This document shows, in pieces, positions 26,714 to 36,832 of a stretch of 64,000 bases of DNA. The notes beneath the pieces are model-generated. The model saw only the letters and a list, made by a program, of their open reading frames with translations, did not search any database and was not told the origin of the DNA. The DNA lies in the IMG/VR virus record IMGVR_UViG_3300032288_004022, positions 31,572-95,571 of that record; one strand, 5' to 3'. Within the stretch, counting starts at the first letter, position 1, and every line of letters begins with the position of its first letter. Origin of the DNA: a virus. Made by a program: the position numbers and the translations under genes.

Positions 26714-27784
26714 ATGTATTCAACTACAGTATATCTATACCAACAAATTGTCCGGGTGCTCTTGATAGACACCAGCGGCGGTTATTTTACAAAAAGGTAC
26801 GACCCAGTGTACGCAAAACAACTAACTATCAACAAGGGAGTAGACAACGTCATACTCTTTGAATTTATCAATCAAGACCAAAAGCCTGTGAACATTGCAG
26901 GTTCAAGTTTTGTTTTTCGTGTGGTAAATCAAGCCGGAGACGAACTCTTGATCACCAAGCCCATGGAAATATTGAGTTCGACCCTGGGCAGAGTCAAGGT
27001 GGTTCTCAACAACGAAGACACCATCAATATCCAAGCACAGCCTGCCAGTTACAGCATACAACGCACAGCCGGCAACTATGTGCAGGCAGCATATACCGAT
27101 GCCAACTCGCAAGCACGAGCAGATTGTAACATTGTGGATTCGGTGTTGCCGCAACATATACCGGCCGCGGAATGCACGGTGCCTGACATGTATGGAAAAA
27201 ACAATTACTTTGGAGTGGGCCCAACACAATGGCCAGATTGGGCATTGACTCCACAGCCACAAAACGCCATTCAAATGACCGAATTCTACTCCAGTTACAT
27301 GCCCACCAACGGTGCAAGTTTGACCACAGTCAAGTATGATCTTGTGACCTATACTGGTACTGTAAAAGTACAGGCCGCACAAAACTACGAATCAGTTTGG
27401 TATGATGTAACAGAGTCAAGACAGTATCTCAGTGAGACTGTGAGCGATTATTTCAATGTTGTGGGATTCCATCCCTTGTTACGCCTGGCGTTCAACAACT
27501 CCATTGGTTACGGTGCTCAAGCCAATGTTGTGGTTTCTAACGGAGTGGTGACTTCGATCAACATAACCAATGCTGGTGTGCAATATGTTGCACCACCATT
27601 TATCCAAATCTTGGGCAACGGTGCGGGAGCCCGAGCAACCTGTACAATTGATCCCAACGGTGGTGTGGCATCGGTAACAATCACCAATGGTGGTTCCGGA
27701 TATTTGCCAATTCAATTTCAAAGCAACATATCTGCCACCGCACTTTTTACCAATGGTTTGGTCCAAAACGTTCAATATCGTTGA
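26714..27784 (+). CDS. Probable virion structural protein
   Basis: TAAATA at 26704-26709; beta-rich; C-terminal V.SI.ITN.G.GY repeats. Confidence 0.6.
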   Translation: MYSTTVYLYQQIVRVLLIDTSGGYFTKRYDPVYAKQLTINKGVDNVILFEFINQDQKPVNIAGSSFVFRVVNQAGDELLITKPMEILSSTLGRVKVVLNNEDTINIQAQPASYSIQRTAGNYVQAAYTDANSQARADCNIVDSVLPQHIPAAECTVPDMYGKNNYFGVGPTQWPDWALTPQPQNAIQMTEFYSSYMPTNGASLTTVKYDLVTYTGTVKVQAAQNYESVWYDVTESRQYLSETVSDYFNVVGFHPLLRLAFNNSIGYGAQANVVVSNGVVTSINITNAGVQYVAPPFIQILGNGAGARATCTIDPNGGVASVTITNGGSGYLPIQFQSNISATALFTNGLVQNVQYR

Positions 27785-27809
27785 TTTAGTGTAGCTGATC
27801 TGTTACACT
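27781..27809 (+). promoter_or_regulatory. sigma70-type promoter for primase, probably leaderless
   Basis: TTGATT-17-TACACT; ATG 6 nt downstream, no SD. Confidence 0.5.
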
Positions 27810-27815
27810 AACAAG

Positions 27816-28805
27816 ATGCTTGACATCCTTGCTTATCTGCCTGCCAAAAGAAAACCCAGCCCTCAAGGCTGGCTGAGTTTCAATGCAGTTTGTTGTCAGC
27901 ACAATGGACAAAGTCCAGACCGCCGCGGACGTGGTGGCATCAAGGTCACAGAATCGGGTTGGAGCTATCACTGCTTCAACTGCTCTTATACTGCCAGTTT
28001 CACACTCGGACGAACACTCAGCTTCAAGGCACGCAGACTTCTTGGGTGGATGGGTGTGCCAGACAATGAGATTGAAATGCTCAATCTTGAAAGCCTACGT
28101 CATCGCAACATGCACGGCATCCTGGAAGATCGTCAACGTGTTGCCAACATAGTTTCAGGAATTGAGTTTGCGGAGTCAGATGACTTCCCGCCATACACAG
28201 AAGTGGTCACACCTGAATTTCCTTTGTATTGGAATTATATTCGTCAGCGTCGAGTGCCCGAAGACTTTCCAGTGATGACATCGATCAAAACTGATGGTGC
28301 AAATTGGACTAGACCCTATGTGTTGATTCCGTTTACATATGACAATCAAGTAATAGGCTGGACTGCTAGATTTTTAGATAACAAGATTCCCAAGTATATC
28401 AATCACAGTCAACCCGGCTATGTGTTTGGCACAGATCTGCAACAGCCCGACTGGCGATATGTGATTGTCACAGAAGGCATTTTTGATGCACTCAGCATTG
28501 GTGGACTTGCACTGATGCACAACACCATCAGCGATGGCCAAGCAAAACTAATTCGCAGTCTGGGTCGAGAAGTCATTGTTGTGCCTGATCAGGACCTGCC
28601 CGGTACTGAATTGATTGATCGTGCAGTTGAACTAGGATACAGCGTGAGCATTCCGGCCTGGCCCGATCATGTCAAGGATGTCAACGATGCCGTGATAGAA
28701 TATGGTCGACTTGGAGCCTTGCTAACTATAATGGCAGCACGAGAAACCAGCCGAATTAAAATTGAAATAAGGAAGAAGCAACTTGTTAAAAGAATACGGA
28801 CTTGA
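27816..28805 (+). CDS. DNA primase (T4 gp61-like)
   Basis: Zn-binding CC...HCFNC; TOPRIM EGIFD, PDQD, KDVND. Confidence 0.88.
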   Translation: MLDILAYLPAKRKPSPQGWLSFNAVCCQHNGQSPDRRGRGGIKVTESGWSYHCFNCSYTASFTLGRTLSFKARRLLGWMGVPDNEIEMLNLESLRHRNMHGILEDRQRVANIVSGIEFAESDDFPPYTEVVTPEFPLYWNYIRQRRVPEDFPVMTSIKTDGANWTRPYVLIPFTYDNQVIGWTARFLDNKIPKYINHSQPGYVFGTDLQQPDWRYVIVTEGIFDALSIGGLALMHNTISDGQAKLIRSLGREVIVVPDQDLPGTELIDRAVELGYSVSIPAWPDHVKDVNDAVIEYGRLGALLTIMAARETSRIKIEIRKKQLVKRIRT

Positions 28806-30252
28806 TGTCCAACGACTGTTTCTAGAAATGATGTTGGAGGACGCACAAAGTTATGTGCGTGTTCAAAACATCTACAACCCGCAGAACTTTGATAGAAGTT
28901 TGAGACCTGCCGCTGAGTTTGTCAAAGAACACAGCGACAAGTTCAAGACCATGCCGGATCGCGCACAGATTGCGGCTGCCACAGGCATCAAACTACAGTC
29001 TGTGCCGGACTTGAACGAGGGGCACTTTGACTGGTTCATGAACGAATTTGAAGCATTTACCAAACGTCAAGAACTAGAACGTGCAATTTTGAAATCTGCA
29101 GACTTGCTGGAAAAAGGCGACTTTGAACCAGTTGAAAAACTCATCAAAGATGCAGTGCAAATATCACTCACCAAAGACATGGGCACAGACTACTTTGCTG
29201 ACCCTGCAGCTCGCATCAACAAGTATTTCAACTCGGGCGGCCAAGTATCAACGGGCTGGCCGCAACTGGACAGATTGCTGTATGGTGGATTCAGTCGTGG
29301 TGAGCTCAACATCTTTGCAGGCGGATCGGGTTCAGGTAAATCCTTGGTCATGATGAACATTGCACTGAACTGGTTACAACAAGGATTGAGTGGGGTGTAC
29401 ATTACACTGGAACTGTCAGAAGAACTCACAAGTTTACGAACAGATGCCATGTTGACCAATATGAGCACCAAGGACATTCGTCGAGACATTGACACAACAG
29501 AACTCAAGGTCAAACTTGTGGCCAAGAAGTCTGGACAGTATCGTGTGAAAGCACTGCCGGCACAAAGCAACATCAATGATATTCGCAGCTACATCAAGGA
29601 AGTACAGATTCAAACAGGAATCCGTGTGGACTTTATCATGGTGGACTATCTGGACTTGTTGATGCCGGTGAGTGCCAAGGTTTCGCCCAATGACCTGTTT
29701 GTGAAAGACAAGTATGTTTCGGAAGAACTACGTAACTTGGCCAAAGAGCTAGGGTTGTTGATGGTTACTGCGTCGCAGTTGAACCGTAGTGCAGTGGAAG
29801 AAATTGAATTTGACCACAGCCATATTTCAGGTGGTATCTCCAAGATTAACACAGCAGACAACGTGTTTGGTATTTTTACAAGTCGTGCCATGAAAGAGCG
29901 CGGCAAGTATCAGATCCAGTGCATGAAGAGTCGTAGTTCAACAGGTGTTGGGCAAAAGATTGACCTGGAATACAATATTGAAACCATGCGTATCACAGAC
30001 GAAGGCGGCGATGAAGGGACAGGTTACCAGAAGCCACAAAGCAGCATCATGGATTCAATCAAGGCTCGGAGTCAGGTCAAGACTGCCGATACCACAGAAG
30101 ATAGCACACCTACTCAGTGGGAAAAGCCGATTGGTGGAACTCATGCATGGGACAAACCAATGGCCAAACTTGATGACAGCCCAAAAGTAACAGCAGATGT
30201 TCAAAGTGCAAAACTAAAACAATTGTTAGGACAAATTAGATCATCACAATGA
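28783..30252 (+). CDS. Replicative DnaB-like helicase (T4 gp41-like)
   Basis: GGSGSGKS, TLELSE, VDYLDL, TASQLNR, KSR. Confidence 0.92.
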   Translation: MLKEYGLDVQRLFLEMMLEDAQSYVRVQNIYNPQNFDRSLRPAAEFVKEHSDKFKTMPDRAQIAAATGIKLQSVPDLNEGHFDWFMNEFEAFTKRQELERAILKSADLLEKGDFEPVEKLIKDAVQISLTKDMGTDYFADPAARINKYFNSGGQVSTGWPQLDRLLYGGFSRGELNIFAGGSGSGKSLVMMNIALNWLQQGLSGVYITLELSEELTSLRTDAMLTNMSTKDIRRDIDTTELKVKLVAKKSGQYRVKALPAQSNINDIRSYIKEVQIQTGIRVDFIMVDYLDLLMPVSAKVSPNDLFVKDKYVSEELRNLAKELGLLMVTASQLNRSAVEEIEFDHSHISGGISKINTADNVFGIFTSRAMKERGKYQIQCMKSRSSTGVGQKIDLEYNIETMRITDEGGDEGTGYQKPQSSIMDSIKARSQVKTADTTEDSTPTQWEKPIGGTHAWDKPMAKLDDSPKVTADVQSAKLKQLLGQIRSSQ

Positions 30253-31220
30253 CATGTATTGATATTTTTAAAAATATAAACATTGTTGTTCAACAAAACA
30301 AATTAGCACTTTCGCCGTGTTGTATTTCGCCAGCTCGCCCAACAGAATTTATTGATTTTGCAAACAACAAATATCTTGTTGGGTTACGTGATGAAATGAA
30401 CCGTGGGCAATTTCCAACAGCATGTAGCAGTTGTAAAAATGCTGAAGATTCTGGATTGGATAGTAGACGAAAAGGTAGTAATGCGTGGTACACTGCACAG
30501 GGTATTAACAACAATACAGTTGAGTTAGTCCGCATGGATTACTGGACTGGCGATACGTGCAATTTGGCTTGTGTGATATGCGGTCCAGACAACAGTAGTA
30601 CTTGGAAACAAGAACTCGGTCTTCCTGTTGAGTTAAAAAAAGTAGTCAGCAATCAGTTTTGGAAAACTCTTGATCTCAGTAAGATAAAATTTATACATTT
30701 CAACGGTGGGGAACCGTTGTTGAGCAAAGAACATGTAAAATTTTTACATGCGGTTGAAAACAAAAATCAAGTACATCTAAATTACAACACCAATGGTACA
30801 ATACTACCAAGCGAAGAGTTATTAAACTTATGGGAACAATTCCGTTTAGTGCAGGTTGATTTTAGTATTGATGACATCGGAGAACGATTTGAATACCAAC
30901 GATTTCCTGCAAAGTGGAATCAAGTAGCTTCTAATTTGCAATGGTACATTGATAACGCACCGCATAATTGTATGTTTGCAGTTAACACATCAGTTGGCAT
31001 TTTAAATCACAGCAATTTGCAATTGTTAACAGCATGGCTGCAAACTAACTTTCACACCACTAGGTTTACAGATCCTATAGAGCATAGACAGCAACTAACC
31101 ATGGGAATATTTGCGTTACAAGATGCAGATAAAAGAAAGTCCAGGATAGAAATTATCCTGGACCAGATTGATCAAAGACGTGGCACAAACTGGCGTGCTA
31201 CATTTCCAGAATTAGTTTAA
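30249..31220 (+). CDS. Radical SAM protein with an N-terminal SPASM/twitch-like Cys cluster
   Basis: CNLACVIC (CxxxCxxC), GGEP, YNTNGT, SID; N-terminal CC and CSSC. Confidence 0.85.
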   Translation: MTCIDIFKNINIVVQQNKLALSPCCISPARPTEFIDFANNKYLVGLRDEMNRGQFPTACSSCKNAEDSGLDSRRKGSNAWYTAQGINNNTVELVRMDYWTGDTCNLACVICGPDNSSTWKQELGLPVELKKVVSNQFWKTLDLSKIKFIHFNGGEPLLSKEHVKFLHAVENKNQVHLNYNTNGTILPSEELLNLWEQFRLVQVDFSIDDIGERFEYQRFPAKWNQVASNLQWYIDNAPHNCMFAVNTSVGILNHSNLQLLTAWLQTNFHTTRFTDPIEHRQQLTMGIFALQDADKRKSRIEIILDQIDQRRGTNWRATFPELV

Positions 31221-32134
31221 GCAGCTACACCTTTGATCACAACAAAGTTGAACACAGGTGCGTCAGATGCTGTGCCGCTCACAGAAGAAAATGTGATTCT
31301 AAAACTTCCATCTGCTACAGCAGTCACAAATGTCAGGTACGTGTTGGTACCTGATTTTTGATTCACAATCACAGTGTCAGTGGCAGCAACCAAGGTGTTG
31401 GTCACAGTAAAACTGGTGTATGCCGAAGTACCAGCAGCAGTGAACAAGGTAATAGCACCTGAACGTTTGCTGAGTGTGACTCCTGTGGTGCGACTGGTAC
31501 CTTGAGTTACTGTACCACCAGCACCGGCAGCGTAACCAACAGCAGTTCCTGCATCAGCCAACAACGGACGATTGAGATCATAAATGGTGATTGTGGTGCC
31601 ACCGTCTACACTGCTGAAACCAAATCTAAACGTTCCTGTGACGCCAAAGGTCAGTACATTGCTGCTCAAACCTTGTACGCCGGCAGTGCCCAGGCTCACT
31701 GCCGCAGGCAATGTCACGGTGTAGGCAGTGTTGGTAACAACAAAGTCAACGTATAGCATGCCAGCAGAACCTGTGGCCGGCCAGTTTGAAAAGCTCAAGC
31801 TCACATTGGCAGTTGGCGCAATCAACTGATACTGTGCAGCACTGTAGTCCACTGTGATCGACCCCGCAGTGGTGGTTTGTTGTAGATATGTGCAACTTAC
31901 ATCATTTAATTTAACGGCGTATATTAAGTTATCCGCCATGTTGTTGTCCAGTGTGGTACCTGTAAGCGCAGCCTTGAAAACGCCTTTGTTTTCCAAGTCA
32001 GTGATTTCCGTAGCAGCAATTTGAAAGTTGGTTTTGGTGTTTGTAAAATTGTCTCTAAAACCTTGGGTGTTGTTCTGTTGGCCAGCCACGGGATATGTGC
32101 CGTCTATGTTGTTGGGGTTGATTTGACTTGTCAT
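31217..32134 (-). CDS. Probable virion structural/fibre protein
   Basis: YPVAGQ.N.TQGFRDNF N-terminus, T/S/G-rich; minus-strand TAAATA at 32155-32160. Confidence 0.6.
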   Translation of the reverse strand: MTSQINPNNIDGTYPVAGQQNNTQGFRDNFTNTKTNFQIAATEITDLENKGVFKAALTGTTLDNNMADNLIYAVKLNDVSCTYLQQTTTAGSITVDYSAAQYQLIAPTANVSLSFSNWPATGSAGMLYVDFVVTNTAYTVTLPAAVSLGTAGVQGLSSNVLTFGVTGTFRFGFSSVDGGTTITIYDLNRPLLADAGTAVGYAAGAGGTVTQGTSRTTGVTLSKRSGAITLFTAAGTSAYTSFTVTNTLVAATDTVIVNQKSGTNTYLTFVTAVADGSFRITFSSVSGTASDAPVFNFVVIKGVAA

Positions 32135-32154
32135 AGATATTCCTGTATAGTAGA

Positions 32155-32184
32155 TATTTATTCTAGCCTGTTGTACACTAAATA
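32155..32184. promoter_or_regulatory. Back-to-back divergent late-type promoters
   Basis: TATTTA at 32155-32160 and TAAATA at 32179-32184 between divergent genes. Confidence 0.6.
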
Positions 32185-32203
32185 ATCCAAAGGCCCAGAT
32201 CGA

Positions 32204-32452
32204 ATGCAGAAAAAGACCCGAAGTTTACTTGAAGAACTGGATTCAATGTATGTAGAGCGTGACCGACGCCTGATCATTGAAACCCGAGCTGACAGTGTGA
32301 TTGCAAGTGCCATAAGACTAATTGAACAGATAGAATCTGAATTTGGTCCCGAGCAAGCAGAGAACCTCACAAGAAAATTGCTCAATGCAATACGCACCAA
32401 AGATGCCGGTAAATTTTCACGATCTGTTAGGAGAACAAATGCAGATACATGA
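32204..32452 (+). CDS. Hypothetical late protein
   Basis: 82-aa helical ORF after TAAATA. Confidence 0.75.
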   Translation: MQKKTRSLLEELDSMYVERDRRLIIETRADSVIASAIRLIEQIESEFGPEQAENLTRKLLNAIRTKDAGKFSRSVRRTNADT

Positions 32453-33173
32453 AATAACACACAAGCGGGTTGACGAAGCCATGCTCGGCGTTGCTGGTGC
32501 AATTGGCAGACAGATATCGGGAGCTTTGCAGAGAAAAGCCTTTGGTGGGGTAATAAGTCCAACTGGTGGTGCCACCATGGATCGTGCTCAGGCACTAAAA
32601 TTGGGGCAACAACTAGCAAACACACTGACGCCTGTGATGATGAAACAATGGGGCGCTGCTGTGCAGGCTGCCATGGCAAATAGCAAGAATCCCACCACCG
32701 GTGCTCCTGTTACCAGCGTGGCTGAGTTGACCCCGGACAGCAGAAACACTCTAAAAGCCGAGTTAGATGCCATGATCAGTCAAGCCATTCAACCTCGTGG
32801 TGGATTTGACTACAACAACTTAAAAAATTCCGCAGCAAAAGATACACTGTCACAAAATCAAGCCCAAGCCGTTACCGACAAAATCAGTCAGGCAGCGGAT
32901 CAAATATTCAAAGCCACTGTGGACCCTGCAGCCGGAATCAACACGGCACAAGCCTGGAAAAGTCTCGTGCAGGATGGAATTGCTGCGGCGCAAGGCATAA
33001 TAGCTTTTGAAGCCGGCGGCGGCTCCGGCGATGCAGCAGCAAAAACCAGAATGGATACTGATGATATGGGACGAATGATAATCAGCATCAAGGGAGGTCC
33101 TTTCCAACTCTATGACAACAGTAACCCTCAACACAAGGCTGCTGCTCAAGCCGCAGGGATACCAGTCTCATGA
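32439..33173 (+). CDS. Hypothetical, probable internal head protein
   Basis: AGGAG RBS; starts MQIHE; Ala/Gln-rich. Confidence 0.6.
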   Translation: MQIHEITHKRVDEAMLGVAGAIGRQISGALQRKAFGGVISPTGGATMDRAQALKLGQQLANTLTPVMMKQWGAAVQAAMANSKNPTTGAPVTSVAELTPDSRNTLKAELDAMISQAIQPRGGFDYNNLKNSAAKDTLSQNQAQAVTDKISQAADQIFKATVDPAAGINTAQAWKSLVQDGIAAAQGIIAFEAGGGSGDAAAKTRMDTDDMGRMIISIKGGPFQLYDNSNPQHKAAAQAAGIPVS

Positions 33174-35074
33174 TGAAATTACTAGAAGGCGGCAACGTTT
33201 TTAAAAATGCCGACGGTTCACCGGCAACTCGTCGTATCCGTCAGGCCGAGATCCCTGGCACTGTGGCCTGGCTGGAGAAGCTAACCGGCCTGGATTTGTC
33301 AAAAGAAAAAGACGAAAACGGTGTTCCCATCAAGTGGTTGGGATCAACTGGTAAAAAGCCCGATTCAGGCGACCTAGATCTTGCAGTGGATGCCAACGAA
33401 ATTACCAAGGCCGAACTCAAGGGCCGACTGGATGCCTGGGCCACAAAGCACAAACAGGATCCCCGAGACTGGTGTAGACTCACAGGCGAAGCTGTGCATT
33501 TCAAAACACCCATACAAGGTGATCCCAAGAGTGGTTATGCACAAACAGATTTCATGTTCATGCCCAATTTGGAATGGGGTACATTCTGGTTGGGCAGTGC
33601 ACCTGGTTCAGCCTACAAAGGCGTGTTCCGCAATGTGTTGATGAGCAGTATTGCCAAGTCCCTGGGACTCAAAGCATCGGCTAAAGGTATCACAAGTCGC
33701 CAAACTGATCGCCTGGTCACCATGGATCCAGACGAGGCCGCAGGCCTATTGTTGAGCCCTGGACTCAAACGCAACCAACTGATGTCAGTCGAAAGCATCT
33801 ACAAAGCCTTGGCCATGGATCCTGATCGTGACGCCAAATTGGCAGACTTCCGTGATTATATTGCACGTGAAGGCGTCAAAGAGCCTGAACTTGGTGTGGC
33901 GGAAAGTGATGTCAGCTTCCTGGCACGTCTGCGTGATCGCATTGTCAACAAAGGTTATGTTGCCCTGGTGGAAGCCGAACAAGCCGGTGTTGGCGGCAGA
34001 GCCAAAGGCATTGAACACCTGGAAGATCTTGTGTTCCGCCGTGGCACACAAGGCATCCGAGATGCTCTTGCTATTGTGCAACATGCCACAGAACAACCTA
34101 AAACAACCACAGCCAAATGGGACGGCAAACCTGCTGTGATATTTGGACGCAAGCCCAGTACCGGAGAGTTTGTGCTCACAGATGGTGCAGGTTTTGAAGC
34201 CAAGGGTTACGATGGACTGGCCACCAGTCCCCAAATGATGGCAGATATACAAAGCAAACGTTCGGGTGACAGAACTGAATTGATACAGATTTACTCCACG
34301 TTGTTCCCAATACTGGAAGCATCGTTGCCGCCCAACTTTCGCGGATATGTCAAAGGTGATTTGTTGTACATGGACACACCACCCTTGATTTCCGGCAACT
34401 ATGTTTTCCAGCCCAACACTGTGGAATACAAGATTCCCGCAAAGTCTGCGCTGGGTCAGCGCATTGGCAACAGCAAGATTGGCATTGCCATACACTCGAT
34501 GTATGCTGATCAAGGTGATGAACGCCAACCGCTCAGCGGCGTGGGGTTTAACGAAGTTCCTGGCTTGATGTTAGAAAAGCCAGCAAGCCCCCGGCAACTA
34601 CAAACTGAAACCAACACAGAGAAACAACTCAAACAGCTGATCAAAACTCATGGACGAGACATTGATGTGTTGTTCAACCCTGCTGAATTACGAGCACACA
34701 AGATCACAGATCTAGCCAAACTGTGTGTGGATTTTATCAACACCAAGGTAGGCTCACCGCTCAACGGTGCTACACTATTGCCTGAGTTTGGAGATTGGTT
34801 GCAGACCAAGGTAACGCCACAAAAGTTCCGAAATATTGTGGAATATCTAAACAGCCCTACATCTAATACCCCAGCCCTGGCGGCAGCATTCACTGCATTT
34901 GTACTGCTGCATGATTTAAAAATGCACATTTTACGCCAAGCAGACACAGAGCACCCGGGACAAGAAGGCTGGGTCATGGCCACTCCTGCTGGCTACGCCA
35001 AAGCGGTAAATAGGTTTGATCCCCAAGCATTTGCAGCTCAAAATCGTCAGAGAAACAATCCGCAACAGGCGTGA
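33170..35074 (+). CDS. Pol-beta-like nucleotidyltransferase domain fused to a KxDG ligase-like domain
   Basis: GSTGKKPDSGDLDLAVD (GS...DxD); HLEDL, AKWDGKPA, GDLLY, EGWV. Confidence 0.6.
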   Translation: MMKLLEGGNVFKNADGSPATRRIRQAEIPGTVAWLEKLTGLDLSKEKDENGVPIKWLGSTGKKPDSGDLDLAVDANEITKAELKGRLDAWATKHKQDPRDWCRLTGEAVHFKTPIQGDPKSGYAQTDFMFMPNLEWGTFWLGSAPGSAYKGVFRNVLMSSIAKSLGLKASAKGITSRQTDRLVTMDPDEAAGLLLSPGLKRNQLMSVESIYKALAMDPDRDAKLADFRDYIAREGVKEPELGVAESDVSFLARLRDRIVNKGYVALVEAEQAGVGGRAKGIEHLEDLVFRRGTQGIRDALAIVQHATEQPKTTTAKWDGKPAVIFGRKPSTGEFVLTDGAGFEAKGYDGLATSPQMMADIQSKRSGDRTELIQIYSTLFPILEASLPPNFRGYVKGDLLYMDTPPLISGNYVFQPNTVEYKIPAKSALGQRIGNSKIGIAIHSMYADQGDERQPLSGVGFNEVPGLMLEKPASPRQLQTETNTEKQLKQLIKTHGRDIDVLFNPAELRAHKITDLAKLCVDFINTKVGSPLNGATLLPEFGDWLQTKVTPQKFRNIVEYLNSPTSNTPALAAAFTAFVLLHDLKMHILRQADTEHPGQEGWVMATPAGYAKAVNRFDPQAFAAQNRQRNNPQQA

Positions 35075-35137
35075 TTTTTCCAAACTGGCTAAATAAAAGC
35101 AGACCCGCTGAGGTCACTAACTTAAAGGAAAATTAAA

Positions 35138-35578
35138 ATGGCAACATTTACAAGAGTAAACGGTACTACACAACCAGTATTTGCACTGGACGTAGCAAAC
35201 GGTTCTATCGCTGGTACAGCTAACGTTGCGGCCCAAGGCCCAGTGATGTTGTCTGGCCCCAAGCTGGACTTCTTCAGCTTGACAGCCAACGCAGCACTCA
35301 CAAACGCTGGTAACGTCAATGGTTATCTGAACAACGTGTTCCAGGCTATCCAGTCTGGCGCAGGCATTGTTGACGGTGGCGCTGGTGGAACAATTGCGTT
35401 CTACGACATTGGACCTGCAGCAGGTTTGATCAGCTTGGCTATCTACCCAAGTGGTGCTTATACAACAGCAACATTGGTAGCGGCAGCTCAAACAGCCAAC
35501 GCAACTGGTGGTTTGAACATTGGTATCCCAACTGGTAACGTTTCCAACGTTGCTACATTCACTGGCTTGCAGACCTAA
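35138..35578 (+). CDS. Small virion structural protein (abundant late type)
   Basis: CTAAATA promoter at ~35089, AAGGA RBS, own terminator, A/G/T-rich. Confidence 0.6.
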   Translation: MATFTRVNGTTQPVFALDVANGSIAGTANVAAQGPVMLSGPKLDFFSLTANAALTNAGNVNGYLNNVFQAIQSGAGIVDGGAGGTIAFYDIGPAAGLISLAIYPSGAYTTATLVAAAQTANATGGLNIGIPTGNVSNVATFTGLQT

Positions 35579-35600
35579 TAACTAATTTTAGGTTAATAAC

Positions 35601-35633
35601 ACCCTGGAGGTAAAAACTCCAGGGTTTCTTTTT
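35601..35633 (+). terminator. Rho-independent terminator
   Basis: ACCCTGGAG-loop-CTCCAGGGT followed by a T-rich tract. Confidence 0.85.
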
Positions 35634-35652
35634 GGCATTAAATAATCCTAGC

Positions 35653-36084
35653 ATGAAAATCATATGCCGAACCTTTTTTGATTGCAGCGCCACTGGTGTA
35701 ACCGGACATTTCAGATCCAGCGAAATACCGTTTGTGGATCAGGCGGGTCAACAGATAAAAAATCAACAAGATTGGAATCACTCGCGTAATCAACAACGCA
35801 ATTGGGAAACCTTGTTGCAACTCATCAGCCTGCGAACACAACCTGTGGATATCACTATTCCTGTGCAACAAAACGGCATTTGGGAATTTGAATTCAAAAG
35901 TGAATCTCAAGGTGTGTTTGAAGTTTACAACAATCCTGATCTCTTGGCTGGGCTAAAAACTGATTGTGAAGGCGTTCCTATGATGTTGAATCTCAAAGAA
36001 CAACCCGAGTTATCTCCCACTATAACCACCAACGGTGATGATCAAAATATTTGGTTCACTGCGGTAAATACATCATTGGAGTAA
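35653..36084 (+). CDS. Hypothetical late protein
   Basis: TAAATA at 35639-35644; RNQQRNWETLLQLISLR. Confidence 0.7.
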   Translation: MKIICRTFFDCSATGVTGHFRSSEIPFVDQAGQQIKNQQDWNHSRNQQRNWETLLQLISLRTQPVDITIPVQQNGIWEFEFKSESQGVFEVYNNPDLLAGLKTDCEGVPMMLNLKEQPELSPTITTNGDDQNIWFTAVNTSLE

Positions 36085-36086
36085 CC

Positions 36087-36350
36087 ATGGTTGATACCAC
36101 CGACATCGAAAAGAAAAGTCTAGAAGCGCATGTAGAGCTCTGCGCCGAGCGTTATAAGTTTTTAGAAACCAAACTTGACTCAGTTGAGGAAAAAATAGTT
36201 GCCGTAGCCGAATCAGTTGCCACAGTAAAAAGCACAGTTGATGTCATGGCAACAAAAAATAATGATCGACTCATACAGTGGGGTGTTGGCATCATCGGGT
36301 TCTTGGTGGCCACTGTGGCTTACCTAGTGAACCAATACGTATTCAAATGA
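36087..36350 (+). CDS. Small coiled-coil protein with a C-terminal TM helix (holin/XhlA-like topology)
   Basis: GGAG RBS; coiled coil then WGVGIIGFLVATVAYLV. Confidence 0.55.
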   Translation: MVDTTDIEKKSLEAHVELCAERYKFLETKLDSVEEKIVAVAESVATVKSTVDVMATKNNDRLIQWGVGIIGFLVATVAYLVNQYVFK

Positions 36351-36832
36351 ACAAAGAACAAAAGCTTGAACAGTGGGCTGAACGTGAACTAAAACGTAAT
36401 TTACCGTCCATCATTCTAGAAGATGATAATGGTGGCGTAGTTGTGTTTGGAAAGTATTTTATTCAACCTCGTGACACAGAATATGTGGTCAGTACCTGGG
36501 ATCAAGAAATAAATTGTTTCAGCAGCAAAAAAACAGCAATGAGCTGGTGCACTGCCGATCATCAAGGACACTACAAATTAAGCAATTTAATTTTGGTGTT
36601 GGACCGTAAAAAACAAACATTGGCAGCAGACATCTACTGCCGTAAAAAAATAGGCGAGCACGGCCGGCACGAAAATTTCAATGAAATAATAAACATGAAA
36701 ATCCAGCCCAAGATTAACTGCTACAATGCAGTTAACTCAGAATTGGAAAAATGTGTAAATCAGGCTAAATATCTACAGATTAGAGGATTCAATAATGAAA
36801 CTGCAAGAACTATCGGCCACCAAGCCAAGTAA
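36347..36832 (+). CDS. Hypothetical protein
   Basis: ATGA-coupled start at 36347. Confidence 0.7.
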   Translation: MNKEQKLEQWAERELKRNLPSIILEDDNGGVVVFGKYFIQPRDTEYVVSTWDQEINCFSSKKTAMSWCTADHQGHYKLSNLILVLDRKKQTLAADIYCRKKIGEHGRHENFNEIINMKIQPKINCYNAVNSELEKCVNQAKYLQIRGFNNETARTIGHQAK

